Part shown: positions 15,001 to 30,000 of the stretch, in pieces
Layout: each line of letters starts with the position of its first letter
Position numbering within the stretch: position 1 is the stretch's first letter
Source of the DNA: Squalus acanthias
Lineage: Eukaryota
DNA length: 64,000 nt
Reading direction: 5' to 3'
NCBI GenBank assembly: GCA_030390025.1
Contig: CM059432.1
Coordinates: forward strand, 112,160,001 to 112,224,000
Program-made: the position numbers and the translations under genes
Notes under the pieces: model-generated
Seen by the model: only the letters and a program-made list of their open reading frames with translations
Told to the model about the DNA's origin: nothing
The model's database searches: none

Positions 15001-18000
15001 ACTAGTAATCCAGAGTCCTGGACTAGTAATCCAGAGTCCTGGACTAGTAATCCAGAGTCCTGGACTAGTAATCCAGAGTCCTGGACTAATAATCCAGAGT
15101 CCTGGACTAGTAATCCAGAGTCCTGGACTAGTAATCCAGAGTCCTGGACTAGTAATCCAGAGTCCTGGACTAGTAATCCAGAGTCCTGGACTAGTAATCC
15201 AGAGTCCTGGACTAGTAATCCAGAGTCCTGGACTAGTAATCCAGAGTCCTGGACTAGTAATCCAGAGTCCTGGACTAATAATCCAGAGTCCTGGACTAGT
15301 AATCCAGAGTCCTGGACTAGTAATCCAGAGTCCTGGACTAATAATCCAGAGTCCTGGACTAGTAATCCAGAGTCCTGGACCAGTAATCCAGAGTCCTGGA
15401 CCAGTAATCCAGAGTCCATGACTAGTAATCCAGAGTCCTGGACTAGTAATCCAGAGTCCTGGACTAGTAATCCAGAGTCCTGACTAATAATCCAGAGTCC
15501 TGGACTAATAATCCAGAGTCCTGGACTAATAATCCAGAGTCCTGACTAGTAATCCAGAGTCCTGGACTAGTAATCCAGAGTCCTGGACAGTAATCCAGAG
15601 TCCTGGACCAGTAATCCAGAGTCCTGGACTAGTAATCCAGAGTCCTGGACTAGTAATCCAGAGTCCTGGACTAGTAATCCAGAGTCCTGGACTAATAATC
15701 CAGAGTCCTGGACTAGTAATCCAGAGTCCTGGACTAATAATCCAGAGTCCTGGACTAGTAATCCAGAGTCCTGGACTAATAATCCAGAGTCCTGGACTAG
15801 TAATCCAGAGTCCTGGACTAGTAATCCAGAGTCCTGGACTAATAATCCAGAGTCCTGGACTAGTAATCCAGAGTCCTGGACTAGTAATCCAGAGTCCTGG
15901 ACTAGTAATCCAGAGTCCTGGACTAATAATCCAGAGTCCTGGACTAGTAATCCAGAGTCCTGGACTAGTAATCCAGAGTCCTGGACTAATAATCCAGAGT
16001 CCTGGACTAGTAATCCAGAGTCCTGGACTAGTAATCCAGAGTCCTGGACTAGTAATCCAGAGTCCTGGACTAGTAATAATCCAGAGTCCTGGACTATAAT
16101 CCAGAGTCCTGGACTAGTAATCCAGAGTCCTGGACTAGTAATCCAGAGTCCTGGACTAGTAATCCAGAGTCCTGGACTAGTAATCCAGAGTCCTGGACTA
16201 GTAATCCAGAGTCCTGGACTAGTAATCCAGAGTCCTGGACTAATAATCCAGAGTCCTGGACTAGTAATCCAGAGTCCTGGACTAGTAATCCAGAGTCCTG
16301 GACTAGTAATCCAGAGTCCTGGACTAGTAATCCAGAGTCCTGGACTAATAATCCAGAGTCCTGGACTAGTAATCCAGAGTCCTGGACTAGTAATCCAGAG
16401 TCCTGGACTAGTAATCCAGAGTCCTGGACTAGTAATCCAGAGTCCTGGACTAGTAATCCAGAGTCCTGGACTAATAATCCAGAGTCCTGGACTAGTAATC
16501 CAGAGTCCTGGACTAGTAATCCAGAGTCCTGGACTAGTAATCCAGAGTCCTGGACTAATAATCCAGAGTCCTGGACTAGTAATCCAGAGTCCTGGACTAA
16601 TAATCCAGAGTCCTGGACTAGTAATCCAGAGTCCTGGACTAGTAATCCAGAGTCCTGGACTAGTAATCCAGAGTCCTGGACTAATAATCCAGAGTCCTGG
16701 ACTAGTAATCCAGAGTCCTGGACTAGTAATCCAGAGTCCTGGACTAATAATCCAGAGTCCTGGACTAGTAATCCAGAGTCCTGGACTAGTAATCCAGAGT
16801 CCTGGACTAGTAATCCAGAGTCCTGGACTAGTAATCCAGAGTCCTGGACTAATAATCCAGAGTCCTGGACTAATAATCCAGAGTCCTGGACTAATAATCC
16901 AGAGTCCTGGACTAATAATCCAGAGTCCTGGACTAGTAATCCAGAGTCCTGGACTAGTAATCCAGAGTCCTGGACTAGTAATCCAGAGTCCTGGACTAGT
17001 AATCCAGAGTCCTGGACTAGTAATCCAGAGTCCTGGACTAGTAATCCAGAGTCCTGGACTAGTAATCCAGAGTCCTGGACTAATAATCCAGAGTCCTGAC
17101 TAGTAATCCAGAGTCCTGGACTAATAATCCAGAGTCCTGGACTATAATCCAGAGTCCTGGACTAGTATTCCAGAGTCCTGGACCAGTAATCCAGAGTCCT
17201 GGACCAGTAATCCAGAGTCCTGGACTAGTAATCCAGAGTCCTGGACTAATAATCCAGAGTCCTGGACTAGTAATCCAGAGTCCTGGACTAATAATCCAGA
17301 GTCCTGGACTAGTAATCCAGAGTCCTGGACTAATAATCCAGAGTCCTGACTAATAATCCAGAGTCCTGGACTAGTAATCCAGAGTCCTGGACTAGTAATC
17401 CAGAGTCCTGGACTAGTAATCCAGAGTCCTGGACTAGTAATCCAGAGTCCTGGACTAATAATCCAGAGTCCTGGACTAGTAATCCAGAGTCCTGGACTAA
17501 TAATCCAGAGTCCTGGACTAGTAATCCAGAGTCCTGGACTAGTAATCCAGAGTCCTGGACTAATAATCCAGAGTCCTGGACTAATAATCCAGAGTCCTGG
17601 ACTAGTAATCCAGAGTCCTGGACTAGTAATCCAGAGTCCTGGACTAATAATCCAGAGTCCTGGACTAATAATCCAGAGTCCTGGACTAGTAATCCAGAGT
17701 CCTGGACTAGTAATCCAGAGTCCTGGACTAATAATCCAGAGTCCTGGACTAGTAATCCAGAGTCCTGGACTAGTAATCCAGAGTCCTGGACTAGTAATCC
17801 AGAGTCCTGGACTAGTAATCCAGAGTCCTGGACTAGTAATCCAGAGTCCTGGACTAATAATCCAGAGTCCTGGACCAGTAATCCAGAGTCCTGGACTAGT
17901 AATCCAGAGTCCTGGACTAGTAATCAGAGTCCTGGACTATAATCCAGAGTCCTGGACTAATAATCCAGAGTCCTGGACTAGTAATCCAGAGTCCTGGACT

Positions 18001-21000
18001 AATAATCCAGAGTCCTGGACAATAATCCAGAGTCCTGGACTAATATTCCAGAGTCCTGGACTAATAATCCAGAGTCCTGGACTAATAATCCAGAGTCCTG
18101 GACCAGTAATCCAGAGACCTGAACTAATAATCCAGAGTCCTGGACTATAATCCAGAATCCTGGACTAGTAATCCAGAGTCCTGGACTAGTAATCCAGAGT
18201 CCTGGACTAGTAATCCAGAGTCCTGGACTAATAATCCAGAGTCCTGGACTAATAATCCAGAGTCCTGGACTAGTAATCCAGAGTCCTGGACTAGTAATCC
18301 AGAGTCCTGGACTAATAATCCAGAGTCCTGGACTAGTAATCCAGAGTCCTGGACTAATAATCCAGAGTCCTGGACTAATAATCCAGAGTCCTGGACTAAT
18401 AATCCAGAGTCCTGGACTAATAATCCAGAGTCCTGGACTAGTAATCCAGAGTCCTGGACTAATAATCCAGAGTCCTGGACTAGTAATCCAGAGTCCTGGA
18501 CCAGTAATCCAGAGTCCTGGACCAGTAATCCAGAGTCCTGGACTAGTAATCCAGAGTCCTGGACTAATAATCCAGAGTCCTAGACTAGTAATCCAGAGTC
18601 CTGACTAATAATCCAGAGTCCTGACTAATAATCCAGAGTCCTGGACTAGTAATCCAGAGTCCTGGACCTAGTAATCCAGAGTCCTGGACTAGTAATCCAG
18701 AGTCCTGGACTAATAATCCAGAGTCCTGGACTAGTAATCCAGAGTCCTGGACTAGTAATCCAGAGTCCTGGACTAATAATCCAGAGTCCTGGACTAATAA
18801 TCCAGAGTCCTGGACTAGTAATCCAGAGTCCTGGACTAGTAATCCAGAGTCCTGGACTAATAATCCAGAGTCCTGGACCAGTATTCCAGAGTCCTGGACA
18901 GTAATCCAGAGTCCTGGACTAGTAATCCAGAGTCCTGGACTAATAATCCAGAGTCCTGGACTAGTAATCCAGAGTCCTGGACTAGTAATCCAGAGTCCTG
19001 GACTAGTAATCCAGAGTCCTGGACTAATAATCCAGAGTCCTGGACTAATAATCCAGAGTCCTGGACTAGTAATCCAGAGTCCTGGACTAATAATCCAGAG
19101 TCCTGGACTAATAATCCAGAGTCCTGGACTAATAATCCAGAGTCCTGGACTAGTAATCCAGAGTCCTGGACTAGTAATCCAGAGTCCTGAACTAATAATC
19201 CAGAGTCCTGGACTAATAATCCAGAATCCTAGACTAGTAATCCAGAGTCCTGACTAATAATCCAGAGTCCTGGACTATTAATCCAGAGTCCTGGACCAGT
19301 AATCCAGAGTCCTGGACCAGTATTCCAGAGTCCTGGACCAGTAATCCAGAGTCCTGGACTAGTAATCCAGAGTCCTGGACTAATAATCCAGAGTACTGGA
19401 CTAGTAATCCAGAGTCCTGGACTACTAATCCAGAGTCCTGGACTAGTAATCCAGAGTCCTGGACTAATGATCCAGAGTCCTGAACTAGTAATCCAGAGTC
19501 CTGGACCAGTATTCCAGAGTCCTGGACCAGTAATCCAGTGTCCTGGACCAGTAATCCCGTGTCCTGGACTAGTAATCCAGAGTCCTGGACTAATAATCCA
19601 GAGTCCTGGACTAGTAATCCAGAGTCCTGGACTAATAATCCAGAGTCCTGAACTAGTAATCCAGAGTCCTGGACTAGTAATCCAGACTCCTGGACTAATA
19701 ATCCAGAGTCCTGGACTAATAATCCAGAGTCCTGAACTAGTAATCCAGAGTCCTGGACTAGTAATCCAGACTCCTTGACTAATAATCCAGAGTCCTGGAC
19801 TAATAATCCAGAGTCCTGGACTAGTAATCCAGACTCCTGGACTAATAATCCAGAGTCCTGGACTAGTAACCCAGAGTCCTGGACTAGTAACCCAGAGTCC
19901 TGGACTAATAATCCAGAATCCTGGACAAAAATTCCAGAGTCCTGGACTAATATTCCAGAGTCCTGGACTAATAATCCAGAGTCCTGGACTAATATTCCAG
20001 AGTCCTGGACTAATATTCCAGAGTCCTGGACTAGTAATCCAGAGTCCTGGACCAGTAATCCAGAGTCCTGGACCAGTAATCCAGTGTCCTGGACTAGTAA
20101 TCCAGAGTCCTGGACTAATAATCCAGAATCCTAGACTAGTAATCCAGAGTCCTGAACTAATATTCCAGAGTCCTGAACTAATAATCCAGAGTCCTGGAAC
20201 TGTATTCCAGAGTCCTGGACCAGTAATCCAGTGTCCTGGACCAGTAATCCAGAGTCCTGGACAAATAATCCAGAATCCAAGACTAGTAATCCAGAGTCCT
20301 GGACCAGTAATCCAGGGTCCTGAACTAATAATCCAGAGTCCTGGACTAATAATCCAGAGTCCTGGACTAATAATCCAGAGTCCTGGACTAATATTCCAGA
20401 GTCCTGGACTAATAATCCAGAGTCCTGGACTAATATTCCAGAGTCCTGGAGTAGTAGTCCAGAGTCCTGGACCAGTAATCCAGAGTCCTGGACCAGTAAT
20501 CCAGAGTCCTGGACCAGTAATCCAGTGTCCTGGACTAGTAATCCAGAGTCCTGGACTAACAATCCAGAATCCTAGACTAGTAATCCAGAGTACTGAGCTA
20601 ATATTCCAGAGTCCTGAACTAATAATCCAGATTCCTGGACCAGTATTCCAGAGTCCTGGACCAGTAATCCAGTGTCCTGGACCAGTAATCCAGAATCCAA
20701 GACTAGTAATCCAGAGTCCTGGACCAGTAATCCAGAATCCTAGACTAGTAATCCAGAGTCCTGGACTAATAATCCAGAGTCCTGGACTAGTAATCCAGAG
20801 TCCTGGACTAATGATCCAGAGTCCTGAACTAGTAATCCAGAGTCCTGGACCAGTATTCCAGAGTCCTGGACCAGTAATCCAGTGTCCTGGACCAGTAATC
20901 CCGTGTCCTGGACTAGTAATCCAGAGTCCTGGACTAATAATCCAGAGTACTGGACTAGTAATCCAGAGTCCTGGACTAATAATCCAGAGTCCTGGACTAG

Positions 21001-24000
21001 TAATCCAGACTCCTGGACTAATAATCCACTATCCTGGACCAGTAATCCCGTGTCCTGGACTAGTAATCCAGAGTCCTGGACTAATAATCCAGAGTCCTGG
21101 ACTAGTAATCCAGAGTCCTGGACTAATAATCCAGAGTCCTGAACTAGTAATCCAGAGTCCTGGACTAGTTATCCAGACTCCTGGACTAATAATCCAGAGT
21201 CCTGGACTAATAATCCAGAGTCCTGAACTAGTAATCCAGAGTCCTGGACTAGTAATCCAGACTCCTTGACTAATAATCCAGAGTCCTGGACTAATAATCC
21301 AGAGTCCTGGACTAGTAATCCAGACTCCTGGACTAATAATCCAGAGTCCTGGACTAGTAACCCAGAGTCCTGGACTAATAATCCAGAGTCCTGGACTAAT
21401 ATTCCAGAGTCCTGGAGTGGTAGTCCAGAGTCCTGAACTAGTAATCCAGAGTCCTGGACTAGTAATCCAGAGTCCTGGACTAATAATCCAGAATCCTAGA
21501 CTAGTAATCCAGAGTCCTGAACTAATATTCCAGAGTCCTGAACTAATAATCCAGAGTCCTGGAACTGTATTCCAGAGTCCTGGACCAGTAATCCAGTGTC
21601 CTGGACCAGTAATCCAGAGTCCTGGACAAATAATCCAGAATCCAAGACTAGTAATCCAGAGTCCTGGACCAGTAATCCAGGGTCCTGAACTAATAATCCA
21701 GAGTCCTGGACTAATAATCCAGAGTCCTGGCCTAATGATCCAGAGTCCTGGACTAATATTCCAGAGTCCTGGACTAATAATCCAGAGTCCTGGACTAATA
21801 TTCCAGAGTCCTGGAGTAGTAGTCCAGAGTCCTGAACTAGTAATCCAGAGTCCTGGACTAGTAATCCAGACACCTGGACTAATAATCCAGAGTCCTGGAC
21901 TAGTAATCCAGAGTCCTGGACTAGTAATCCAGACTCCTGGACTAATAATCCAGATTCCTGGACTAGTAATCCAGACTCCTGGACTAATAATCCAGAGTCC
22001 TGGACTGGTAATCCAGAGTCCTGTACCAGTAATCCAGAGTCCTGGACTAGTAATCCAGACTCCTGGACTAATAATCCAGATTCCTGGATTAATAATCCAG
22101 AGTCCTGGACTAGTAATCCAGACTCCTGGACTAATAATCCAGAGTCCTGGACTAATAATCCAGATACCTGGACTAATAATCCAGAGTCCTGGACTAGTAA
22201 TCCAGACTCCTGGACTAATAATCCAGAGTCCTGGACTAGAAATCCAGACTCCTGGATTAATAATCCAGAGTCCTGGACTAGTAACCCAGAGTCCTGGACT
22301 AGTAACCCAGAGTCCTGGACTAATAATCCAGAATCCTGGACAAAAATTCCAGAGTCCTGGACTAATATTCCAGAGTCCTGGACTAATAATCCAGAGTCCT
22401 GGACTAATAATCCAGAGTCCTGGACCAGTATTCCAGAGTCCTGGACCAGTAATCCAGTGTCCTGGACCAGTAATCCAGAGTCCTGGACAAATAATCCAGA
22501 ATCCAAGACTAGTAATCCAGAGTCCTGGACCAGTAATCCAGAATCCTGGACTAGTAATCCAGATTCCTGGACTAATAATCCAGATTCCTGGACTAATAAT
22601 CCAGAGTCCTGGACTAGTAATCCAGACTCCTGGACTAATAATCCAGAGTCCTGGACTAATAATCCAGATACCTGAACTAATAATCCAGAGTCCTGGACTA
22701 ATAATCCAGAATCCTAGACTAATAATCCAGGGTCCTGAACTAATAATCCAGAGTCCTGGACTAATAATCCAGAATCCTAGACTAGTAATCCAGAGTCCTG
22801 AACTAATAATCCAGAGTCCTGGACTATTAATCCAGAGTCCTGGACCAGTAATTCAGAGTCCTGGACCAGTATTCCAGAGTCCTGGACCAGTAATCCCGTG
22901 TCCTGGACTAGTAATCCAGAGTCCTGGACTAATAATCCAGAGTACTGGACTAGTAATCCAGAGTCCTGGACTACTAATCCAGAGTCCTGGACTAGTAATC
23001 CAGAGTCCTGGACTAATGATCCAGAGTCCTGAACTAGTAATCCAGAGTCCTGGACCAGTATTCCAGAGTCCTGGACCAGTAATCCAGTGTCCTGGACCAG
23101 TAATCCCGTGTCCTGGACTAGTAATCCAGAGTCCTGGACTAATAATCCAGAGTCCTGGACTAGTAATCCAGAGTCCTGGACTAATAATCCAGAGTCCTGA
23201 ACTAGTAATCCAGAGTCCTGGACTAGTAATCCAGACTCCTGGACTAATAATCCAGAGTCCTGGACTAATAATCCAGAGTCCTGAACTAGTAATCCAGAGT
23301 CCTGGACTAGTAATCCAGACTCCTTGACCAATAATCCAGAGTCCTGGACTAATAATCCAGAGTCCTGGACTAGTAATCCAGACTCCTGGACTAATAATCC
23401 AGAGTCCTGGACTAGTAACCCAGAGTCCTGGACTAGTAACCCAGAGTCCTGGACTAATAATCCAGAATCCTGGACAAAAATTCCAGAGTCCTGGACTAAT
23501 ATTCCAGAGTCCTGGACTAATAATCCAGAGTCCTGGACTAATATTCCAGAGTCCTGGACTAATATTCCAGAGTCCTGGACTAGTAATCCAGAGTCCTGGA
23601 CCAGTAATTCAGAGTCCTGGACCAGTAATCCAGTGTCCTGGACTAGTAATCCAGAGTCCTGGACTAATAATCCAGAATCCTAGACTAGTAATCCAGAGTC
23701 CTGAACTAATATTCCAGAGTCCTGAACTAATAATCCAGAGTCCTGGAACTGTATTCCAGAGTCCTGGACCAGTAATCCAGTGTCCTGGACCAGTAATCCA
23801 GAGTCCTGGACAAATAATCCAGAATCCAAGACTAGTAATCCAGAGTCCTGGACCAGTAATCCAGGGTCCTGAACTAATAATCCAGAGTCCTGGACTAATA
23901 ATCCAGAGTCCTGGACTAATAATCCAGAGTCCTGGACTAATATTCCAGAGTCCTGGACTAATAATCCAGAGTCCTGGACTAATATTCCAGAGTCCTGGAG

Positions 24001-27000
24001 TAGTAGTCCAGAGTCCTGGACCAGTAATCCAGAGTCCTGGACCAGTAATCCAGAGTCCTGGACCAGTAATCCAGTGTCCTGGACTAGTAATCCAGAGTCC
24101 TGGACTAACAATCCAGAATCCTAGACTAGTAATCCAGAGTACTGAGCTAATATTCCAGAGTCCTGAACTAATAATCCAGATTCCTGGACCAGTATTCCAG
24201 AGTCCTGGACCAGTAATCCAGTGTCCTGGACCAGTAATCCAGAATCCAAGACTAGTAATCCAGAGTCCTGGACCAGTAATCCAGAATCCTAGACTAGTAA
24301 TCCAGAGTCCTGAACTAATAATCCAGAGTCCTGGACTAATAATCCAGAATCCTAGACTAATAATCCAGGGTCCTGAACTAATAATCCAGAATCCTGGACT
24401 ATTAATCCAGAGTCCTGGACCAGTAATCCAGAGTCCTGGACCAGTATTCCAGAGTCCTGGACCAGTAATCCAGTGTCCTGGACCAGTAATCCCGTGTCCT
24501 GGACTAGTAATCCAGAGTCCTGGACTAATAATCCAGAGTACTGGACTAGTAATCCAGAGTCCTGGACTAATAATCCGGAGTCCTGGACTAGTAATCCAGA
24601 GTCCTGGACTAATAATCCAGAGTGCTGAACTAGTAATCCAGAGTCCTGGACTAGTAATCCAGACTCCTGGACTAATAATCCAGTATCCTGGACCAGTAAT
24701 CCCGTGTCCTGGACTAGTAATCCAGAGTCCTGGACTAATAATCCAGAGTCCTGAACTAGTAATCCAGAGTCCTGGACTAGTAATCCAGACGCCTTGACTA
24801 ATAATCCAGAGTCCTGGACTAATAATCCAGAGTCCTGAACTAGTAATCCAGAGTCCTGGACTAGTAATCCAGACACTTGGACTAATAATCCAGAGTCCTG
24901 GACTAGTTATCCAGAGTCCTGGACTAGTAATCCAGAATCCTGGGCTAATAATCCAGAGTCCTGGACTAGTAATCCAGAGTCCTGGACTAGTAATCCAGAG
25001 TCCTGGACTAATAATCCAGAGTCCTGGACTAGTAATCCAGAGTCCTGGACCAGTAATCCAGAGTCCTGGACCAGTAATCCAGAGTCCTGGACTAGTAATC
25101 CAGAGTCCTGGACTAATAATCCAGAGTCCTGGACTAGTAATCCAGACTCCTGGACTAGTAATCCAGAGTCCTGGACTAGTAATCCAGAGTCCTGGACCAG
25201 TAATCCAGAGTCCTGGACTAGTAATCCAGAGTCCTGGACTAATAATCCAGATTCCTGGACCAGTAATCCAGAGTCCTGGACTAGTAATCCAGAGTCCTGG
25301 ACCAGTAATTCAGAGTCCTGGACTAATAATCCAGAGTCCTGGACTAGTAATCCAGAGACCTCGACTAGTAATCCAGAGTCCTGGACTAATAATCCAGAGT
25401 CCTGTCCTAGTAATCCAGAGTCCTGAACTAGTAATCCAGAGTCCTGGACTAGTAATCCAGACACCTGGACTAATAATCCACAGTCCTGGAGTAGTAATCC
25501 AGAGTCCTGGACTAGTAATCCAGACTCCTGGACTAATAATCCAGATTCCTGGACTAGTAATCCAGACTCCTGGACTAATAATCCAGAGTCCTGGACTGGT
25601 AATCCAGAGTCCTGTACCAGTTATCCAGAGTCCTGGACTAGTAATCCAGACTCCTGGACTAATAATCCAGAGTCCTGGACTAGTAATCCAGACTCCTGGA
25701 CTAATAATCCAGAGTCCTGGATTAGTAACCCAGAGTCCTGGACTAGTAACCCAGAGTCCTGGACTAATAATCCAGAATCCTGGACAAAAATTCCAGAGTC
25801 CTGGACTAATATTCCAGAGTCCTGGACTAATAATCCAGAGTCCTGGACTAATAATCCAGAGTCCTGGACCAGTATTCCAGAGTGCTGGACCAGTAATCCA
25901 GTGTCCTGGACCAGTAATCCAGAATCCAAGACTAGTAATCCAGAGTCCTGGACCAGTAATCCAGATACTAGACTAGTAATCCAGAGTCCTGAACTAATAA
26001 TCCAGAGTCCTGGACTAATAATCCAGAATCCTAGACTAATAATCCAGGGTCCTGAACTAATAATCCAGAATCCTGGACTATTAATCCAGAGTCCTGGACC
26101 AGTAATCCAGAGTCCTGGACCAGTATTCCAGAGTCCTGGACCAGTAATCCAGTGTCCTGGACCAGTAATCCCGTGTCCTGGACTAGTAATCCAGAGTCCT
26201 GGACTAATAATCCAGAGTACTGGACTAGTAATCCAGAGTCCTGGACTAATAATCCGGAGTCCTGGACTAGTAATCCAGAGTCCTGGACTAGTAATCCAGA
26301 CTCCTGGACTAATAATCCAGATTCCTGGACTAGTAATCCAGATTCCTGGACTAATAATCCAGAGTCCTGGACTGGTAATCCAGAGTCCTGTACCAGTAAT
26401 CCAGAGTCCTGGACTAGTAATCCAGACTCCTGGACTAATAATCCAGATTCCTGGATTAATAACCCAGAGTCCTGGACTAGTAATCCAGACTCCTGGACTA
26501 ATAATCCAGAGTCCTGGACTAATATTCCAGAGTCCTGGACTAATAATCCAGAGTCCTGGACTAATAATCCAGAGTCCTGGACCAGTATTCCAGAGTCCTG
26601 GACCAGTAATCCAGTGTCCTGGACCAGTAATCCAGAGTCCTGGACAAATAATCCAGAATCCAAGACTAGTAATCCAGTGTCCTGGACCAGTAATCCAGAA
26701 TCCTGGACTAGTAATCCAGATTCCTGGACTAATAATCCAGATTCCTGGACTAATAATCCAGAGTCCTGGACTTGTAATCCAGACTCCTGGACTAATAATC
26801 CAGAGTCCTGGACTAATAATCCAGATACCTGAACTAATAATCCAGAGTCCTGGACTAATAATCCAGAATCCTAGACTAATAATCCAGGGTCCTGAACTAA
26901 TAATCCAGAGTCCTGGACTAATAATCCAGAATCCTAGACTAGTAATCCAGAGTCCTGAACTAATAATCCAGAGTCCTGGACTATTAATCCAGAGTCCTGG

Positions 27001-30000
27001 ACCAGTAATTCAGAGTCCTGGACCAGTATTCCAGAGTCCTGGACCAGTAATCCCGTGTCCTGGACTAGTAATCCAGAGTCCTGGACTAATAATCCAGAGT
27101 ACTGGACTAGTAATCCAGAGTCCTGGACTACTAATCCAGAGTCCTGGACTAGTAATCCAGAGTCCTGGACTAATGATCCAGAGTCCTGAACTAGTAATCC
27201 AGAGTCCTGGACCAGTATTCCAGAGTCCTGGACCAGTAATCCAGTGTCCTGGACCAGTAATCCCGTGTCCTGGACTAGTAATCCAGAGTCCTGGACTAAT
27301 AATCCAGAGTCCTGGACTAGTAATCCAGAGTCCTGGACTAATAATCCAGAGTCCTGAACTAGTAATCCAGAGTCCTGGACTAGTAATCCAGACTCCTGGA
27401 CTAATAATCCAGAGTCCTGGACTAATAATCCAGAGTCCTGAACTAGTAATCCAGAGTCCTGGACTAGTAATCCAGACTCCTTGACTAATAATCCAGAGTC
27501 CTGGACTAATAATCCAGAGTCCTGGACTAGTAATCCAGACTCCTGGACTAATAATCCAGAGTCCTGGACTAGTAACCCAGAGTCCTGGACTAGTAACCCA
27601 GAGTCCTGGACTAATATTCCAGAGTCCTGGACTAATATTCCAGAGTCCTGGACTAGTAATCCAGAGTCCTGGACCAGTAATCCAGAGTCCTGGACCAGTA
27701 ATCCAGTGTCCTGGACTAGTAATCCAGAGTCCTGGACTAATATTCCAGAGTCCTGAACTAATAATCGAGAGTCCTGGAACTGTATTCCAGAGTCCTGGAC
27801 CAGTAATCCAGTGTCCTGGACCAGTAATCCAGAGTCCAAGACTAGTAATCCAGAGTCCTGGACCAGTAATCCAGGGTCCTCAACTAATAATCCAGAGTCC
27901 TGGACTAATAATCCAGAGTCCTGGACTAATAATCCAGAGTCCTGGACTAATATTCCAGAGTCCTGGACTAATAATCCAGAGTCCTGGACTAATATTCCAG
28001 AGTCCTGGAGTAGTAGTCCAGAGTCCTGGACCAGTAATCCAGAGTCCTGGACCAGTAATCCAGAGTCCTGGACCAGTAATCCAGTGTCCTGGACTAGTAA
28101 TCCAGAGTCCTGGACTAATAATCCAGAATCCTAGACTAGTAATCCAAAGTACTGAGCTAATATTCCAGAGTCCTGAACTAATAATCCAGAGTCCTGGACT
28201 AGTAATCCAGAGTCCTGGACCAGTAATCCAGAGTCCTGGACCAGTAATCCAGTGTCCTGGACTAGTAATCCAGAGTCCTGGACTAATAATCCAGAATCCT
28301 AGACTAGTAATCCAGAATCCTGAACTAATATTCCAGAGTCCTGAACTAATAATCGAGAGTCCTGGAACTGTATTCCAGAGTCCTGGACCAGTAATCCAGT
28401 GTCCTGGACCAGTAATCCAGAGTCCTGGACAAATAATCCAGAATCCAAGACTAGTAATCCAGAGTCCTGGACCAGTAATCCAGGGTCCTGAACTAATAAT
28501 CCAGAGTCCTGGACTAATAATCCAGAGTCCTGGACTAATAATCCAGAGTCCTGGACTAATATTCCAGAGTCCTGGACTAATAATCCAGAGTCCTGGACTA
28601 ATATTCCAGAGTCCTGGAGTAGTAGTCCAGAGTCCTGGACCAGTAATCCAGAGTCCTGGACCAGTAATCCAGAGTCCTGGACCAGTAATCCAGTGTCCTG
28701 GACTAGTAATCCAGAGTCCTGGACTAATAATCCAGAATCCTAGACTAGTAATCCAGAGTCCTGAACTAATATTCCAGAGTCCTGAACTAATAATCCAGAG
28801 TCCTGGACCAGTATTCCAGAGTCCTGGACCAGTAATCCAGTGTCCTGGACCAGTAATCCAGAATCCAAGACTAGTAATCCAGAGTCCTGGACCAGTAATC
28901 CAGAATCCTAGACTAGTAATCCAGAGTCCTGAACTAATAATCCAGAGTCCTGGACTAATAATCCAGAATCCTAGACTAATAATCCAGGGTCCTGAACTAA
29001 TAATCCAGAATCCTGGACTATTAATCCAGAGTCCTGGACCAGTAATCCAGAGTCCTGGACCAGTATTCCAGAGTCCTGGACCAGTAATCCAGTGTCCTGG
29101 ACCAGTAATCCCGTGTCCTGGACTAGTAATCCAGAGTGCTGGACTAATAATCCAGAGTACTGGACTAGTAATCCAGAGTCCTGGACTAATAATCCGGAGT
29201 CCTGGACTAGTAATCCAGACGCCTTGACTAATAATCCAGAGTCCTGGACTAATAATCCAGAGTGCTGAACTAGTAATCCAGAGTCCTGGACTAGTAATCC
29301 AGACTCCTGGACTAATAATCCAGTATCCTGGACCAGTAATCCCGTGTCCTGGACTAGTAATCCAGAGTCCTGGACTAATAATCCAGAGTCCTGAACTAGT
29401 AATCCAGAGTCCTGGACTAGTAATCCAGACGCCTTGACTAATAATCCAGAGTCCTGGACTAATAATCCAGAGTCCTGAACTAGTAATCCAGAGTCCTGGA
29501 CTAGTAATCCAGACACTTGGACTAATAATCCAGAGTCCTGGACTAGTTATCCAGAGTCCTGGACTAGTAATCCAGAGTCCTGGACTAATAATCCAGAGTC
29601 CTGGACTAGTAATCCAGAGTCCTGGACCAGTAATCCAGAGTCCTGGACCAGTAATCCTGAGTCCTGGACTAGTAATCCAGAGTCCTGGACTAATAATCCA
29701 GAGTCCTGGACTAGTAATCCAGACTCCTGGACTAGTAATCCAGTGTCCTGGACTAGTAATCCAGAGTCCTGGACCAGTAATCCAGAGTCCTGGACTAGTA
29801 ATCCAGACTCCTGGGCTAATAATCCAGAGTCCTGGACTAGTAATCCAGAGTCCTGGACTAGTAATCCAGAGTCCTGGACTAATAATCCAGAGTCCTGGAC
29901 TAGTAATCCAGAGTCCTGGACCAGTAATCCAGAGTCCTGGACCAGTAATCCAGAGTCCTGGACTAGTAATCCAGAGTCCTGGACTAATAATCCAGAGTCC

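Noticed and set aside
4700..17000. Binary G/A pattern as an information-bearing code
   Set aside because: It is explained by one polymorphic site spread by unequal exchange and possibly by consensus noise; I saw no framing or periodicity.
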